A DNA stretch of 64,000 bases from an uncultured delta proteobacterium (GTDB lineage: Bacteria; Myxococcota; Myxococcia; Myxococcales; Myxococcaceae), in NCBI GenBank assembly GCA_963796055.1, contig CAWCKH010000001.1, positions 224,001 through 288,000 of the forward strand. Direction: 5' to 3'. This document shows, piece after piece, positions 18,123 through 28,699 of the stretch. The notes beneath the pieces are model-generated. The model saw nothing but the letters and a program-made list of their open reading frames with translations, was not told where the DNA came from and searched no databases. Numbering within the stretch: position 1 is the first letter of the stretch; the number at the start of each line of letters is the position of its first letter. A program made the position numbers and the translations under genes.

Positions 18123-19628
18123 TCAGCCGGCGAGCCCTTCCAGGTAGGTCACGTAGCTGCCCACCGCGCCGTCGAGGCTGGCGACCTTCGGGTTGCTGGA
18201 CTCGACGACGAAGTACTCGTCCGGAGCGTGGGCGCCCGAGCCGTGTCCCAGTCCGTAGTGACCGGCGGGAAGGCCGAGCGGCTTGCCGGTGAAGATGTAC
18301 CCCGGCCACGAACCGGCGTTCCGCGGCCAGAGCAGCGGGTCGAGGCCCGCCCGGCGGTACGCCCGGTCCAGGGTCTTGACGAACTCCGAGTCGGCCGGCG
18401 TGCTGGTCGGGTCGTAACCCCCCGTCATGTTCACCTCGAGGTCGCCGAAGCCGCGCTTCTCGAGGTGTGCCTTCAGGGCCGCCAGCGACCGCTCCGCGGT
18501 CATGTCCGGAACCAGCCGGAGGTCGAGCTTGGCCACCGCCCGCGCCGGGAGCATCGTCTTCCCGCCCGGTCCGGTGTAGCCGCCCACCAGCCGCTCGATG
18601 TTCACCGTTGGCCGGGTGGCGAACCGCTGCAGTGCGTGAACCCAGTCCTCGTCGCGGATCCAGCGCCTGGCGCCGAGAAGCTCCTTGGCCTTGGCCTCGC
18701 TCATCCGCTGCGAGGCACGCTGGATCATCTCCAGCTCGGCGGTGGAGGCCGGCCGGGCCGCGTCGGCGAAGCCGTCGATCGCCGGCTCGGCCCCGTCGGG
18801 CGTGACGAGCGTCGCCAGCGCCTGGACCAGGTGGAACGCCGGGCTGTCCAGCCGCGCCCGGTTCGCCGAGTGCACGTCCTTCGACGGCCCCCGCCCCCAG
18901 CGTGCACCGCTGGCCACCAGCTCGAGCTCGATGACGCCCTTGGCCCCGAGGCTGAGTGTCACCTCACCGTCGGGATCCTGCATCGCGCTGGGCATGAAGA
19001 TGCCGAGCGACTTGCCGAGGGCGGCGGCGATGTCCGGTCGGCGCACCACCTCCCCGAAGTGGGGCGAACCGATCTCCTCCTCTCCCTCGGCGACCAGGAC
19101 CAGATTCACCGGCAGCTTGCGCTTTGCCGCCCGGTAGGCATGGAGCGCCGAGAGGAAGGCCGCCTCGGGCCCCTTCTGGTTCACCGCGCCCCGGCCGACC
19201 ACCACCTTCCCGAATCCGGGCTTGTCCACCACCCGGCCCTCGAAGGGGGGCGAGCTCCACTCCGCCGGATCCGCCTGCTTCACGTCGTACATGAAGTAGA
19301 GCCCCAGCGTCTTCCGGGCCCCGGCATCGAGGGTGGCGAACACCCCTGGCTTCCCGCTGGTCGGCACTTGCTCTACCTTCTGGAAACCAGCGTCCCGGAG
19401 CATCTGGACGAAGAACGGCAGCCCGGTGTCGTAGCCGCGGTTCTCGGCGCAGATGCACGGCTCGCGGATCCACGCCTGGAGCCGCTGCACGTTCTCGGCA
19501 TGCCGCCGGGCGATCTCCGCGGCCAGCGGTCCGGAGGGCGCGGCCCCGAGCGCGAGCCGTGGCCCCGATGCGGCGGCCGCCGTTCCCACCGCGGCGCCGA
19601 GCAAGGTGCGACGTGAGAGGTCGGTCAT
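18123..19628 (-). CDS. Tat-exported M20/M25/M40 family metallohydrolase
   Basis: SRRTLL Tat motif; WSSPPF, GRGA..KG, EGEEEIGS and AHAPDE motifs. Confidence 0.88.
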   Translation of the reverse strand: MTDLSRRTLLGAAVGTAAAASGPRLALGAAPSGPLAAEIARRHAENVQRLQAWIREPCICAENRGYDTGLPFFVQMLRDAGFQKVEQVPTSGKPGVFATLDAGARKTLGLYFMYDVKQADPAEWSSPPFEGRVVDKPGFGKVVVGRGAVNQKGPEAAFLSALHAYRAAKRKLPVNLVLVAEGEEEIGSPHFGEVVRRPDIAAALGKSLGIFMPSAMQDPDGEVTLSLGAKGVIELELVASGARWGRGPSKDVHSANRARLDSPAFHLVQALATLVTPDGAEPAIDGFADAARPASTAELEMIQRASQRMSEAKAKELLGARRWIRDEDWVHALQRFATRPTVNIERLVGGYTGPGGKTMLPARAVAKLDLRLVPDMTAERSLAALKAHLEKRGFGDLEVNMTGGYDPTSTPADSEFVKTLDRAYRRAGLDPLLWPRNAGSWPGYIFTGKPLGLPAGHYGLGHGSGAHAPDEYFVVESSNPKVASLDGAVGSYVTYLEGLAG

Positions 19629-21106
19629 GAAACCGGCGAGCTTCGGCCCTGCCCTCCCCGGCTGTCGAGAAATTCCGGGTGGGCGACCATCACCACCGCG
19701 ATCCCTCCGCGCCGCGCAACGTTCACCACCTGCTCCTGGGAGGCACGCGCGGTGAGTGACAGACCCTCCTCCGTCGGCGCCAGCCCCAGCACCACGTAGA
19801 ACGGCTCGAGCCGAACCCCCCCATCCGCCGCCAGGACCGGGAACTCGTGCACCGGAACCGGGACCAGCTGCTGCGCCACCCAGGTGTCCGGCTCGGCCAT
19901 CGCCCGGTCCAGGGCCTGCTCCCAGCCGGCCTGGGTCCGCTGCGCACCGATGCAGACGCCCGCGCCTCCGTAGGAGCGGTTCGGCTTCAGGACCAGCATC
20001 TCTCGCTCGGAGCGGACGAACTCCGGCAGGTCCCCCACGCTCCCGTCCGCGAGCTGGGTCGTCCGTCCCCGGATCAGCCGGGTCCACGGCACGTGTCGGC
20101 GGAACACCTGTCGCTCCCCTGGCGTGAAGTGTCGGTTTGCAAGGGCGGGGTCGGTGAACACCTCCCACATGCTCTTCTGCTCCACCTCGGCGGCAATGGA
20201 GGACACCATCCGGTTCTGGGCCAGCAGCGCGCGCATCGGCGAGACGTCCACCCCCCGATGGCTCAGCTGGCGGAGCTCCTCCACCGAGTAGTCCCGGTAG
20301 CCGAGGTCCACGGCCTCTCCCCGGAACAGCACCTCGTCGCCGTCGAGGACCAGCTCGGTCGGGTCGGCGTGACAGACGTCCACCCCGAAGCGCCGGTGGA
20401 AGTGCTCGGCGAGGAGGGTCTGCTCCTCCGGGCCGGTATCCGCCCAGCGCGGCTCGATGAAGCAGATGCGGCGCCCCCGCCGGCCCAGCGCCTCGAGGTG
20501 CTCGAGCATCTGCCCGGCCAGCAGGTCACGCACGTCCTGACCGAGCGTCAGCTGGAGCGAGGGATCCGCCTGCCGGAGCGAGGGCCCCAGCCGTTGCTCG
20601 AGGATGCGCTCCGCGTTGGGGAGCATGTGGAGCCCTCCCACCCCGGTGAGGTTCGGCTCGAGGAACTGCAGGGTGCTCTTCCACTGCGCGCTCTCGAACA
20701 GCGCCGTGGCGTCGAGGCGTCCGAACACCGGGTTGCTCCGGGCATGGAGCGGCCCCCAGCAGGCCCGGATCCACTCCTCTTCTCCGCGGGACAGGGGGAG
20801 CGCCCTGCGGACCCCCGGATCCGCCAGCCAAACCTCGAGCAATCGCCGGGTCGCCTCGTGCAGGGTGAGCGCGGTGGCGTGAAGGTAATGCAGCTGCTCG
20901 GGGAGCACGGTCAGCGGCGCGGGGAGGATGCTCACCTCCGTGGGGCGACCTTCGTGGAGGTAGACCAGCGTGGCCGCCCTGGCGTCCTCCTGGATCCAGC
21001 GGAGGATGTTCCGCATCCGCTCGGGGGCGATCGCCAGCAGCGCCGAACGGACCCGGGCGCCGAGGCGCCGGCTTGCCAGCCCCAGCTCTTCTGCGGGCGT
21101 CTGCAT
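19625..21106 (-). CDS. Circularly permuted ATP-grasp (CP_ATPgrasp type 2-like) ligase
   Basis: RLD..., FLEPN (ExN), HVPWTR, LVLKPNRSYGGAGV and WVAQ in permuted order; GAGGAG RBS. Confidence 0.75.
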   Translation of the reverse strand: MQTPAEELGLASRRLGARVRSALLAIAPERMRNILRWIQEDARAATLVYLHEGRPTEVSILPAPLTVLPEQLHYLHATALTLHEATRRLLEVWLADPGVRRALPLSRGEEEWIRACWGPLHARSNPVFGRLDATALFESAQWKSTLQFLEPNLTGVGGLHMLPNAERILEQRLGPSLRQADPSLQLTLGQDVRDLLAGQMLEHLEALGRRGRRICFIEPRWADTGPEEQTLLAEHFHRRFGVDVCHADPTELVLDGDEVLFRGEAVDLGYRDYSVEELRQLSHRGVDVSPMRALLAQNRMVSSIAAEVEQKSMWEVFTDPALANRHFTPGERQVFRRHVPWTRLIRGRTTQLADGSVGDLPEFVRSEREMLVLKPNRSYGGAGVCIGAQRTQAGWEQALDRAMAEPDTWVAQQLVPVPVHEFPVLAADGGVRLEPFYVVLGLAPTEEGLSLTARASQEQVVNVARRGGIAVVMVAHPEFLDSRGGQGRSSPVS

Positions 21107-21261
21107 GGCGGGACTCCTCGCGAGCAAGACCGGTGCCCCCGCGGAACTCCGGGCAGTTGCGCGGGCCGGGGGCCGCAAGCCTTGCGCGTCGGGTCCCGTC
21201 GGCTGGGGGGCCGGACCGCTTTCGCTCCCTCCACGGCCTGGTTCAAGCTGTCCTCCGGTCC

Positions 21262-22128
21262 ATGCGTCTTCGACACGCCCTGCCCTCCTGCGCCGCGCTC
21301 GGGCTCGCAGCCTGCGCGTTCCTGAACGACGGCGCCCAGCCCAACACTCCGGGGAAGCTGAAGCCCACCTGTGCCGACGTGGAGATGGAGGCGTGCATCG
21401 CGGAGTCGGTCACGATCTCGGCCGAGGCGCTGCCAGGTCTCGACGGGAGGGAGATCGCGGCACTGCTCGCCGATCCCAGACCGGTGCCGGTCCGGTGCAT
21501 CCTCCGAGAGACGGGGACGCTGGAGGCCTGCCACGTCCTCGACTCCCGCGGCTCCCCCTTCGAGCAGTCCATCGGGCAGTCCATCGAGAGCTGGCTGCAG
21601 CGGCGTCACTACACGCCGGTCACCTACAAGGCACGGCCGGTTCTCGTGCCCTACACCTTCCTGGTCTCCTTCAACCCTCCACCTGCCGAGATGGCGCGAC
21701 TCTCCGCCGTGCGGATCGAGGTCTTCCGGGCGCTGCTGTCCCGGCTCCGTGGGCCGGCCGTCGACGCCGGCACCGCGGCCCGTCCCCTGGTGTGCGCGGG
21801 CATCGGGGACGACGTGGCGGATCCGCCTCGCAACGAGATGGAGGCCCTCACCCGCGCCGGCGCGCAGGTGGAGCCCGCCTCGAGCTGCTGGGAGCTGATG
21901 CAGACGGTCGGCGGGGCTGCTCCCTTCGGGACCGTGGTGGTGCGGGACGTTCAGTTCGAGCGGCCCGACGTCGCAGAGGTCCGGGCAGAGCTCGGGGTCT
22001 CCGGGCAGACGCCGGACTTCCTTCTCCTCCGTGTGAGCCGGCTGGGTGGGCGCTGGCTGGTCGAGGAGCTGCCGGCACGTGCGCCCGACGGGGGCGTGCC
22101 GATTGCACCGGACGGCGGCGCGCGCTGA
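21262..22128 (+). CDS. Lipoprotein with TonB C-terminal-like domain
   Basis: LAAC lipobox; VRCILRETG..EACHVL...RHYTPVTYKARPV..PYTF resembles myxobacterial TonB_C. Confidence 0.65.
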   Translation: MRLRHALPSCAALGLAACAFLNDGAQPNTPGKLKPTCADVEMEACIAESVTISAEALPGLDGREIAALLADPRPVPVRCILRETGTLEACHVLDSRGSPFEQSIGQSIESWLQRRHYTPVTYKARPVLVPYTFLVSFNPPPAEMARLSAVRIEVFRALLSRLRGPAVDAGTAARPLVCAGIGDDVADPPRNEMEALTRAGAQVEPASSCWELMQTVGGAAPFGTVVVRDVQFERPDVAEVRAELGVSGQTPDFLLLRVSRLGGRWLVEELPARAPDGGVPIAPDGGAR

Positions 22129-22195
22129 CGACGGCGCTAACCCGGGCGGGCCCTCCGGTGTGGATCCACCCACACCCCGTTCCGGAGTCTCACCG

Positions 22196-22597
22196 ATGCG
22201 TCGTCCTGTCCCTTCCCCTGCCGTCCTCCTCGTCGTCGTCTCTCTCGCCGGGCTCGGCGCTTCCGCCGCGCTCGCCCAGCAGGCTCCAGCCACGACCCCG
22301 GCCACCCGTCCCTGCGAGGCGGACGTCGCCCGCCTCTGTCCCGGCGTCACTCCCGGTCAGGGCGGCATTCGCCAGTGCCTCCGGCAGAATGCCGACCAGC
22401 TGTCTGCCGAGTGCAAGGCCCACATCGCGCAGGCGCGGGAGCACTTTCACGTGGCCCGTGAGGCCTGTCAGGGTGATGTCTCGAAGCTCTGCGCCGAGGT
22501 GAAGCCCGGGCATGGCCGCATCCTGGCCTGCCTCTCCGAGCACAGCGCCGAGCTCAGCGACGCCTGCAAGGCGCAGCTGCCCGCGCCGAGGTCCTGA
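22196..22597 (+). CDS. Secreted cysteine-rich repeat protein (two C-x-x-D-V-x-x-L-C...C-L...L-S-x-x-C repeats)
   Basis: Signal peptide; tandem CEADVARLC..QCL..LSAEC and CQGDVSKLC..ACL..LSDAC. Confidence 0.85.
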   Translation: MRRPVPSPAVLLVVVSLAGLGASAALAQQAPATTPATRPCEADVARLCPGVTPGQGGIRQCLRQNADQLSAECKAHIAQAREHFHVAREACQGDVSKLCAEVKPGHGRILACLSEHSAELSDACKAQLPAPRS

Positions 22598-22642
22598 GCG
22601 GCCTTCCTCCGCGGCCTCGGCGCGGGCCGGGTCCGCCCGAGG

Positions 22643-23713
22643 TCAGCGGACCGGGGGATGTCGACGTGGCCCGCCGGCGTGCAGCGGGCCCGGGGGGAGC
22701 GCGTAGAACTCGCCGAGCGCTGTCCGGATGCCCCGTGCGGTGCGCGCCGGCGTGCGCCCCAGCAGCACCAGGCCGTCGGTCCCTGCCGGGTCGAGCCACA
22801 GCTCGTAGGCGGATGCCCCCTCGCCCCCCGCTCCCACCGCCCGCTGTTCGCCGTGGGTCCGGATGAAGAATCCGTAACCGACGTCCGAGCCCGGCCCGAG
22901 CGGCAACCGCGGTTCCCAGAGCGCGGCACGCGTCTGCGGAGAGACGAGCTTGCCGGCCCGCAGGGCGTCGATGAGCTGGAACTGGTCGTCGAGCGTCGTC
23001 GTCCCGCGCACTGCCGACGGGCACGCCGGGGTCGCGGTCAGCGAGGTGCCGGTCATCCCCGCGGGCCGCAGTAGCCGGGCCTCCGCGAAGCGGTCGAACG
23101 GCTCGCCGGAGACCTGGGCGACGAGGCGCTCCACCAGGAGCCACGGCCGTTCGTCGCCCGGATCGATGCGGGTGCCAGGGGCGGCCTTCAGCGGCACCTT
23201 GCCTGCAGCGTCGAGACGCTCGGCGAGAGACTCGTCGAGCGAGGAACTCCGAGCCGTCCCGCCGATCGAGCCGAGAGTGGTCCGGGTGGGGTCGAGCTTC
23301 GGCTCGAGGGCAACCTGGGGGTCGGGAGCCAGTCCTGCCGAATCGGTCAGGAGGTTGGCGACGGTGAGCGAGGCGAACGACGTCCCCGCGACGGATGGAA
23401 GCCGCTGCTCGAGCCGGTCGTCCCAGCCGACCTTGCCGCCCTCGACCAGGAGTCCCACCGCCACCGCGTCCAGGAGCTTGCGGCCGGTCCCCAGCGGAAG
23501 GCACGCGGTGTCCCCGAAGCTCCGGTCGATCTCGGTCTTGCCCGCGTGGAGCACCCGGACCTGGCCCTGGAAGCCGTCGCTGGCAGCGATCCGCTCGAGG
23601 TCGGATTTCAGCGCCAGGAGCCAGTCGTCGCGACGGTCCGCCTTCGGCGTCTCCGCCGGCACGTGCGAGCAGGCCCCCGCGGCGAACAGCACGACGAGCA
23701 TGGTCCAGCGCAC
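22643..23713 (-). CDS. Beta-lactamase/serine hydrolase-fold lipoprotein, degenerate active site
   Basis: AGGAGG RBS before GTG 23713; AGAC lipobox; [13 protein letters not shown] and [10 protein letters not shown] class-C-like patterns; merged with guaA in the ORF track only because of the guaA frameshift. Confidence 0.7.
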   Translation of the reverse strand: MRWTMLVVLFAAGACSHVPAETPKADRRDDWLLALKSDLERIAASDGFQGQVRVLHAGKTEIDRSFGDTACLPLGTGRKLLDAVAVGLLVEGGKVGWDDRLEQRLPSVAGTSFASLTVANLLTDSAGLAPDPQVALEPKLDPTRTTLGSIGGTARSSSLDESLAERLDAAGKVPLKAAPGTRIDPGDERPWLLVERLVAQVSGEPFDRFAEARLLRPAGMTGTSLTATPACPSAVRGTTTLDDQFQLIDALRAGKLVSPQTRAALWEPRLPLGPGSDVGYGFFIRTHGEQRAVGAGGEGASAYELWLDPAGTDGLVLLGRTPARTARGIRTALGEFYALPPGPLHAGGPRRHPPVR

Positions 23714-23784
23714 CGAGTCCCTCCTCCTCCGAGTCGGAAGAACACCCCTCCGCATCCCCACCTCCGTGTGGACGTGTGAAGCGC

Positions 23785-25336
23785 TCACTCCCACTCGATG
23801 GTGGCGGGCGGCTTGCTGGAGATGTCGTAGACCACGCGGTTGATGCCCCGCACCTCGTTGGTGATGCGCGCCGAGATGCGCGCCAGCAGCTCGTGCGGGA
23901 TGCCGCGCCCAGTCCGCGGTCATCCCATCCACGCTGGTCACTGCCCGCACCACCGCGGTGGACTCGTAGGTGCGCTCGTCACCCATCACCCCCACGCTGG
24001 AGACAGGGAGCAACACCGCAAACGCCTGCCACACCTGTCCGTAGAGGCCGGCCTTGCGGACCTCGTCCTGCACGATGAGGTCGGCCTTGCGCACCAGCTC
24101 CAGCCGCTCCTCGGTGACCTCGCCGAGCACCCGGATCGCGAGGCCCGGGCCGGGGAACGGGTGACGCATCAGCATCGCCTCGGGCAGACCCAGCTCCCGG
24201 CCCAGTGCCCGCACCTCGTCCTTGAACAGCTCGCGGAGGGGCTCGACCAGCTGGAGCTTCATCACCTCGGGCAGCCCGCCCACGTTGTGGTGGCTCTTGA
24301 TGGTGGCCGAGGGCCCCTTGGTGGACACCGACTCGATGACGTCCGGGTACAGGGTGCCCTGGGCAAGGAAGTCCGCGCCCTGGATGTCGCGGGCGGCCTC
24401 CTCGAAGACGGCGATGAACTCCCGGCCGATGATCTTCCGCTTCTTCTCCGGGTCGGTCACCCCGGCCAGCCGGTCCAGGAAACGCTTCCGGGCGTCCACC
24501 GTCCGGAGCGGCACGTGGAAGCGGCCCTCGAAGAGCTGCTCCACTTGCTCGCGCTCCCCGGAGCGGAGCACGCCATTGTCGACGAAGATGCAGGTCAGCC
24601 GGTCGCCGATCGCGCGGTGGATGAGGAGCGCGGCCACCGAGCTGTCCACCCCGCCCGACAGCGCGCAGATGACCTTCCCCTGCCCCACCTGCTTGCGGAT
24701 GGCCTCCACCGCCTCCTCGGCGAAGCCCTTCATGGTCCAGGCGCCGGAGAGCTTGCAGACCTCGAAGAGGAAGGCCCGGTACATGTCCTTGCCCCGGGGC
24801 GTGTGGACCACCTCGGGGTGGAACTGGAGCCCGAAGATGGGCCGCTCGCGGTGCGCCGTCGCCGCCAGGGGCGCGTTGGCGGTCCGGGCGATGGGCTCGA
24901 ACCCGGGCGGCAAGGTGTCCACCCGGTCCCCGTGGCTCATCCACACCTCGCAGGTGGCGCCCTCCTTGAACGGCGCCAGCGGCCCCTTGCTCTCCAGCAC
25001 CTCGATGACCGCCGGACCGAACTCCCGGTGGGCGGTCCGGTCCACGCGGCCCCCAAGCATCTTGGCGATGAGCTGCAGCCCGTAGCAGATGCCCAGCACC
25101 GGGACGCCGAGGTCGAACACCCCGGCCGCGGGCATGGGCGCCCCCTCGGCCTCGACCGACATCGGCCCCCCCGAGAGGATGATGCCCTTCGGCCCGAAGG
25201 CCTTGATGTCGGCCAGCGGCAGGTCGGGCCGGTGGATCTCGCAGTAGACGCCCAGCTCGCGGACCCGCCGGGCGATCAGCTGGGTGTACTGACTGCCGAA
25301 GTCGAGGATGAGGACCTTCTCGTCGTGGATGTGCAC
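23785..25336 (-). CDS. guaA: GMP synthase (glutamine-hydrolysing) with an apparent 1-nt insertion near 23902-23904
   Basis: [31 protein letters not shown] and [10 protein letters not shown]; the C-terminal [19 protein letters not shown] is present in a shifted frame ending at 23785. Confidence 0.95.
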
Positions 25337-25356
25337 GGCACTGCCTCGTCCCGGGG

Positions 25357-26823
<1,467 letters not shown>

Positions 26824-26897
26824 CTATACGCCGCACCCCGGACAAAATCCATCCCGGGCGGACCGGACACCGGGTTTTCCCGTGGACTCCCGGGTGC

Positions 26898-27599
26898 TTA
26901 CTCGCGCAGCTCGCCAGCTGGACGCCGGAGCACCGCACCCGGCGGTGGCGGGCGGTCCTCCTCGCGCATCTGCTCGCGTATCTTCCGGGCGAGGCTCAGC
27001 TCCCGCCAGCGGTGCACCGCCGCCCAGAGCAGCACGGTGGCCAGGAGCAGCCCCACGGCGATGAGCTGGTACCGCTTCATCAGCTCGATGACCTGCTGGA
27101 GGTGGCGGCCGAACCGGAAGCCGAGCAGGACGAACAGGGGCGCGGAGACCAGCGCGGCAAGGCCGTCGAAGCAGATGAACCGCGGATACGGCATGCCGGC
27201 CGACCCCGCGGTGAAGTACGTCACTGCCCGGACCCCGGGCATGAAGCGGGCAGCGATGACGATCTTCTCCCCGTGACGGGCGAAGAGCCCTTCCACCTGG
27301 ATGCGGCGAGGGGGGGTCACCACCCGGGAGAGCCAGCCGTGGCCGGTACGCACCCGCCGGCCCACCCGGCGGCCCGCCAGGTAGATGAGCGAATCTCCCA
27401 CCAGGATGCCCACGAACCCGGTCGCGACCATCACCCAGAGGTGGGCCACGCCCTTGTAGACCAGAAACCCGCCGAGGATGAGCGAGATGTCCTCGGGCAG
27501 CGGGACCCCCAGGCCACACGCCACCAGCACGGCGAAGATGGACAGGTAGGCCATCGCTCCGTGGGAACCGAGCAGGAGGGTCTTGAGGATCGCTTCCAA
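26898..27599 (-). CDS. DedA family membrane protein
   Basis: GVPLPED, GD...Y..GR and ARFMPGVR motifs. Confidence 0.9.
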   Translation of the reverse strand: MEAILKTLLLGSHGAMAYLSIFAVLVACGLGVPLPEDISLILGGFLVYKGVAHLWVMVATGFVGILVGDSLIYLAGRRVGRRVRTGHGWLSRVVTPPRRIQVEGLFARHGEKIVIAARFMPGVRAVTYFTAGSAGMPYPRFICFDGLAALVSAPLFVLLGFRFGRHLQQVIELMKRYQLIAVGLLLATVLLWAAVHRWRELSLARKIREQMREEDRPPPPGAVLRRPAGELRE

Positions 27600-27668
27600 G
27601 CAGGTGCCAGGCCGGGCGCAGCGGGGCGGCCGAGGGACCTTAGCACCCCACCGCGAAGATCCGGCAGC

Positions 27669-28121
27669 TCACGGACGGGGGAGCAGGGCCTTGAATGCTT
27701 CCCGATTGGCTTGGAGCCTGGCACCGAACTGGGACACGATCGCCATCAGGAGCTTGAGACACGCCTGCGGCTTCTGGGTCATCAGCCGCTGGAAATCCAC
27801 GCTCCGCAGCTCGACGGCGGTGACCGGGGTGAGCGCCATGGCGCTGCAGAGGCGCTGGCCCTGCTGCACCAGCGCGAGCTCTCCGAGCGAATCACCGCGC
27901 TGGAGCTCGCCGAGCGGGAGCTCCTCGGCCCCGTTCCGGACGGTGATGCCCACCCGACCATCGGCGATGATGAACAGGCTCTCGGCGAGCATGTTCTCCA
28001 CGAAGAGCGGGGTGCCGCGCGGGTAGGTCCGCTCCACCGCGATGCCGGCGAGGATCTGCAGTCCCGTCTCGGTGAATCCCTTGAAGAGGGCACAGGTCCG
28101 GAGAGCGTCCTGTGGCGGCAT
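27669..28121 (-). CDS. Stand-alone cyclic nucleotide-binding domain protein
   Basis: LFKGFT, SLFIIADGRV and GDSLGELAL...R..SA motifs; no HTH. Confidence 0.85.
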   Translation of the reverse strand: MPPQDALRTCALFKGFTETGLQILAGIAVERTYPRGTPLFVENMLAESLFIIADGRVGITVRNGAEELPLGELQRGDSLGELALVQQGQRLCSAMALTPVTAVELRSVDFQRLMTQKPQACLKLLMAIVSQFGARLQANREAFKALLPRP

Positions 28122-28186
28122 TGAACAGCCCTTGTACCACGGGAGCACCCCAGGTCAGGGAAAGCCCGACCTGTTGCACTCGGACC

Positions 28187-28699
28187 TCACCCGCCCCGGT
28201 GGAGCTTTGCGTTCAGGACGTACCCGGCGGCGGAGGTGAGGAGCCCGGCGCGCTCGGCGTCGGTGAGAGGCCGCTTCACCTTGCCCGGGCTTCCCATCAC
28301 CATCGAGCCCGAGGGCACGTGGGTGCCGGGAATGAGCAGCGTCCCGGCGGCGATGAAGCAGTCGTCCTCGATGACCACGCCGTTGAGCACGATGGCGCCG
28401 ATGCCCACCAGCACCCGATTGCCCACCGTGCAGCCATGGATGACGACGTGGTGGCCCACCGTGACGTCGTCCCCCAGCCGGGTGGGATGGGTGCCCTTCT
28501 CCACGTGGACCATGGTCAGGTCCTGGATGTTGGTCCGGGACCCGATCCGGATGGTGTTCACGTCGCCGCGGAGCACGGTGTTGTACCAGACCGAGGACTC
28601 CTCCCCGATCTCCACGTTCCCGATGACGTGGGCCCCGTCGGCGACGAAGACCGAGGGGTGAAGCCGCGGCGTGGCTCCCTGGAAGGCGCGGATTCCCAT
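28187..28699 (-). CDS. Gamma carbonic anhydrase family (YrdA-like) protein
   Basis: VLRGDVN, NIQD..MVH and VGH.V.IHGC hexapeptide repeats. Confidence 0.93.
   Translation of the reverse strand: MGIRAFQGATPRLHPSVFVADGAHVIGNVEIGEESSVWYNTVLRGDVNTIRIGSRTNIQDLTMVHVEKGTHPTRLGDDVTVGHHVVIHGCTVGNRVLVGIGAIVLNGVVIEDDCFIAAGTLLIPGTHVPSGSMVMGSPGKVKRPLTDAERAGLLTSAAGYVLNAKLHRGG

Noticed and set aside
22598..23800. Genomic island integrated at the guaA 3' end
   Set aside because: guaA is a known integration hotspot, but I found no second copy of its 3' end and no integrase downstream in this window.
22643..25336. 897-aa GuaA-beta-lactamase fusion protein in the ORF track
   Set aside because: Explained by a 1-nt frameshift; the true GuaA C-terminus and a separate RBS and start for the downstream gene are both present.
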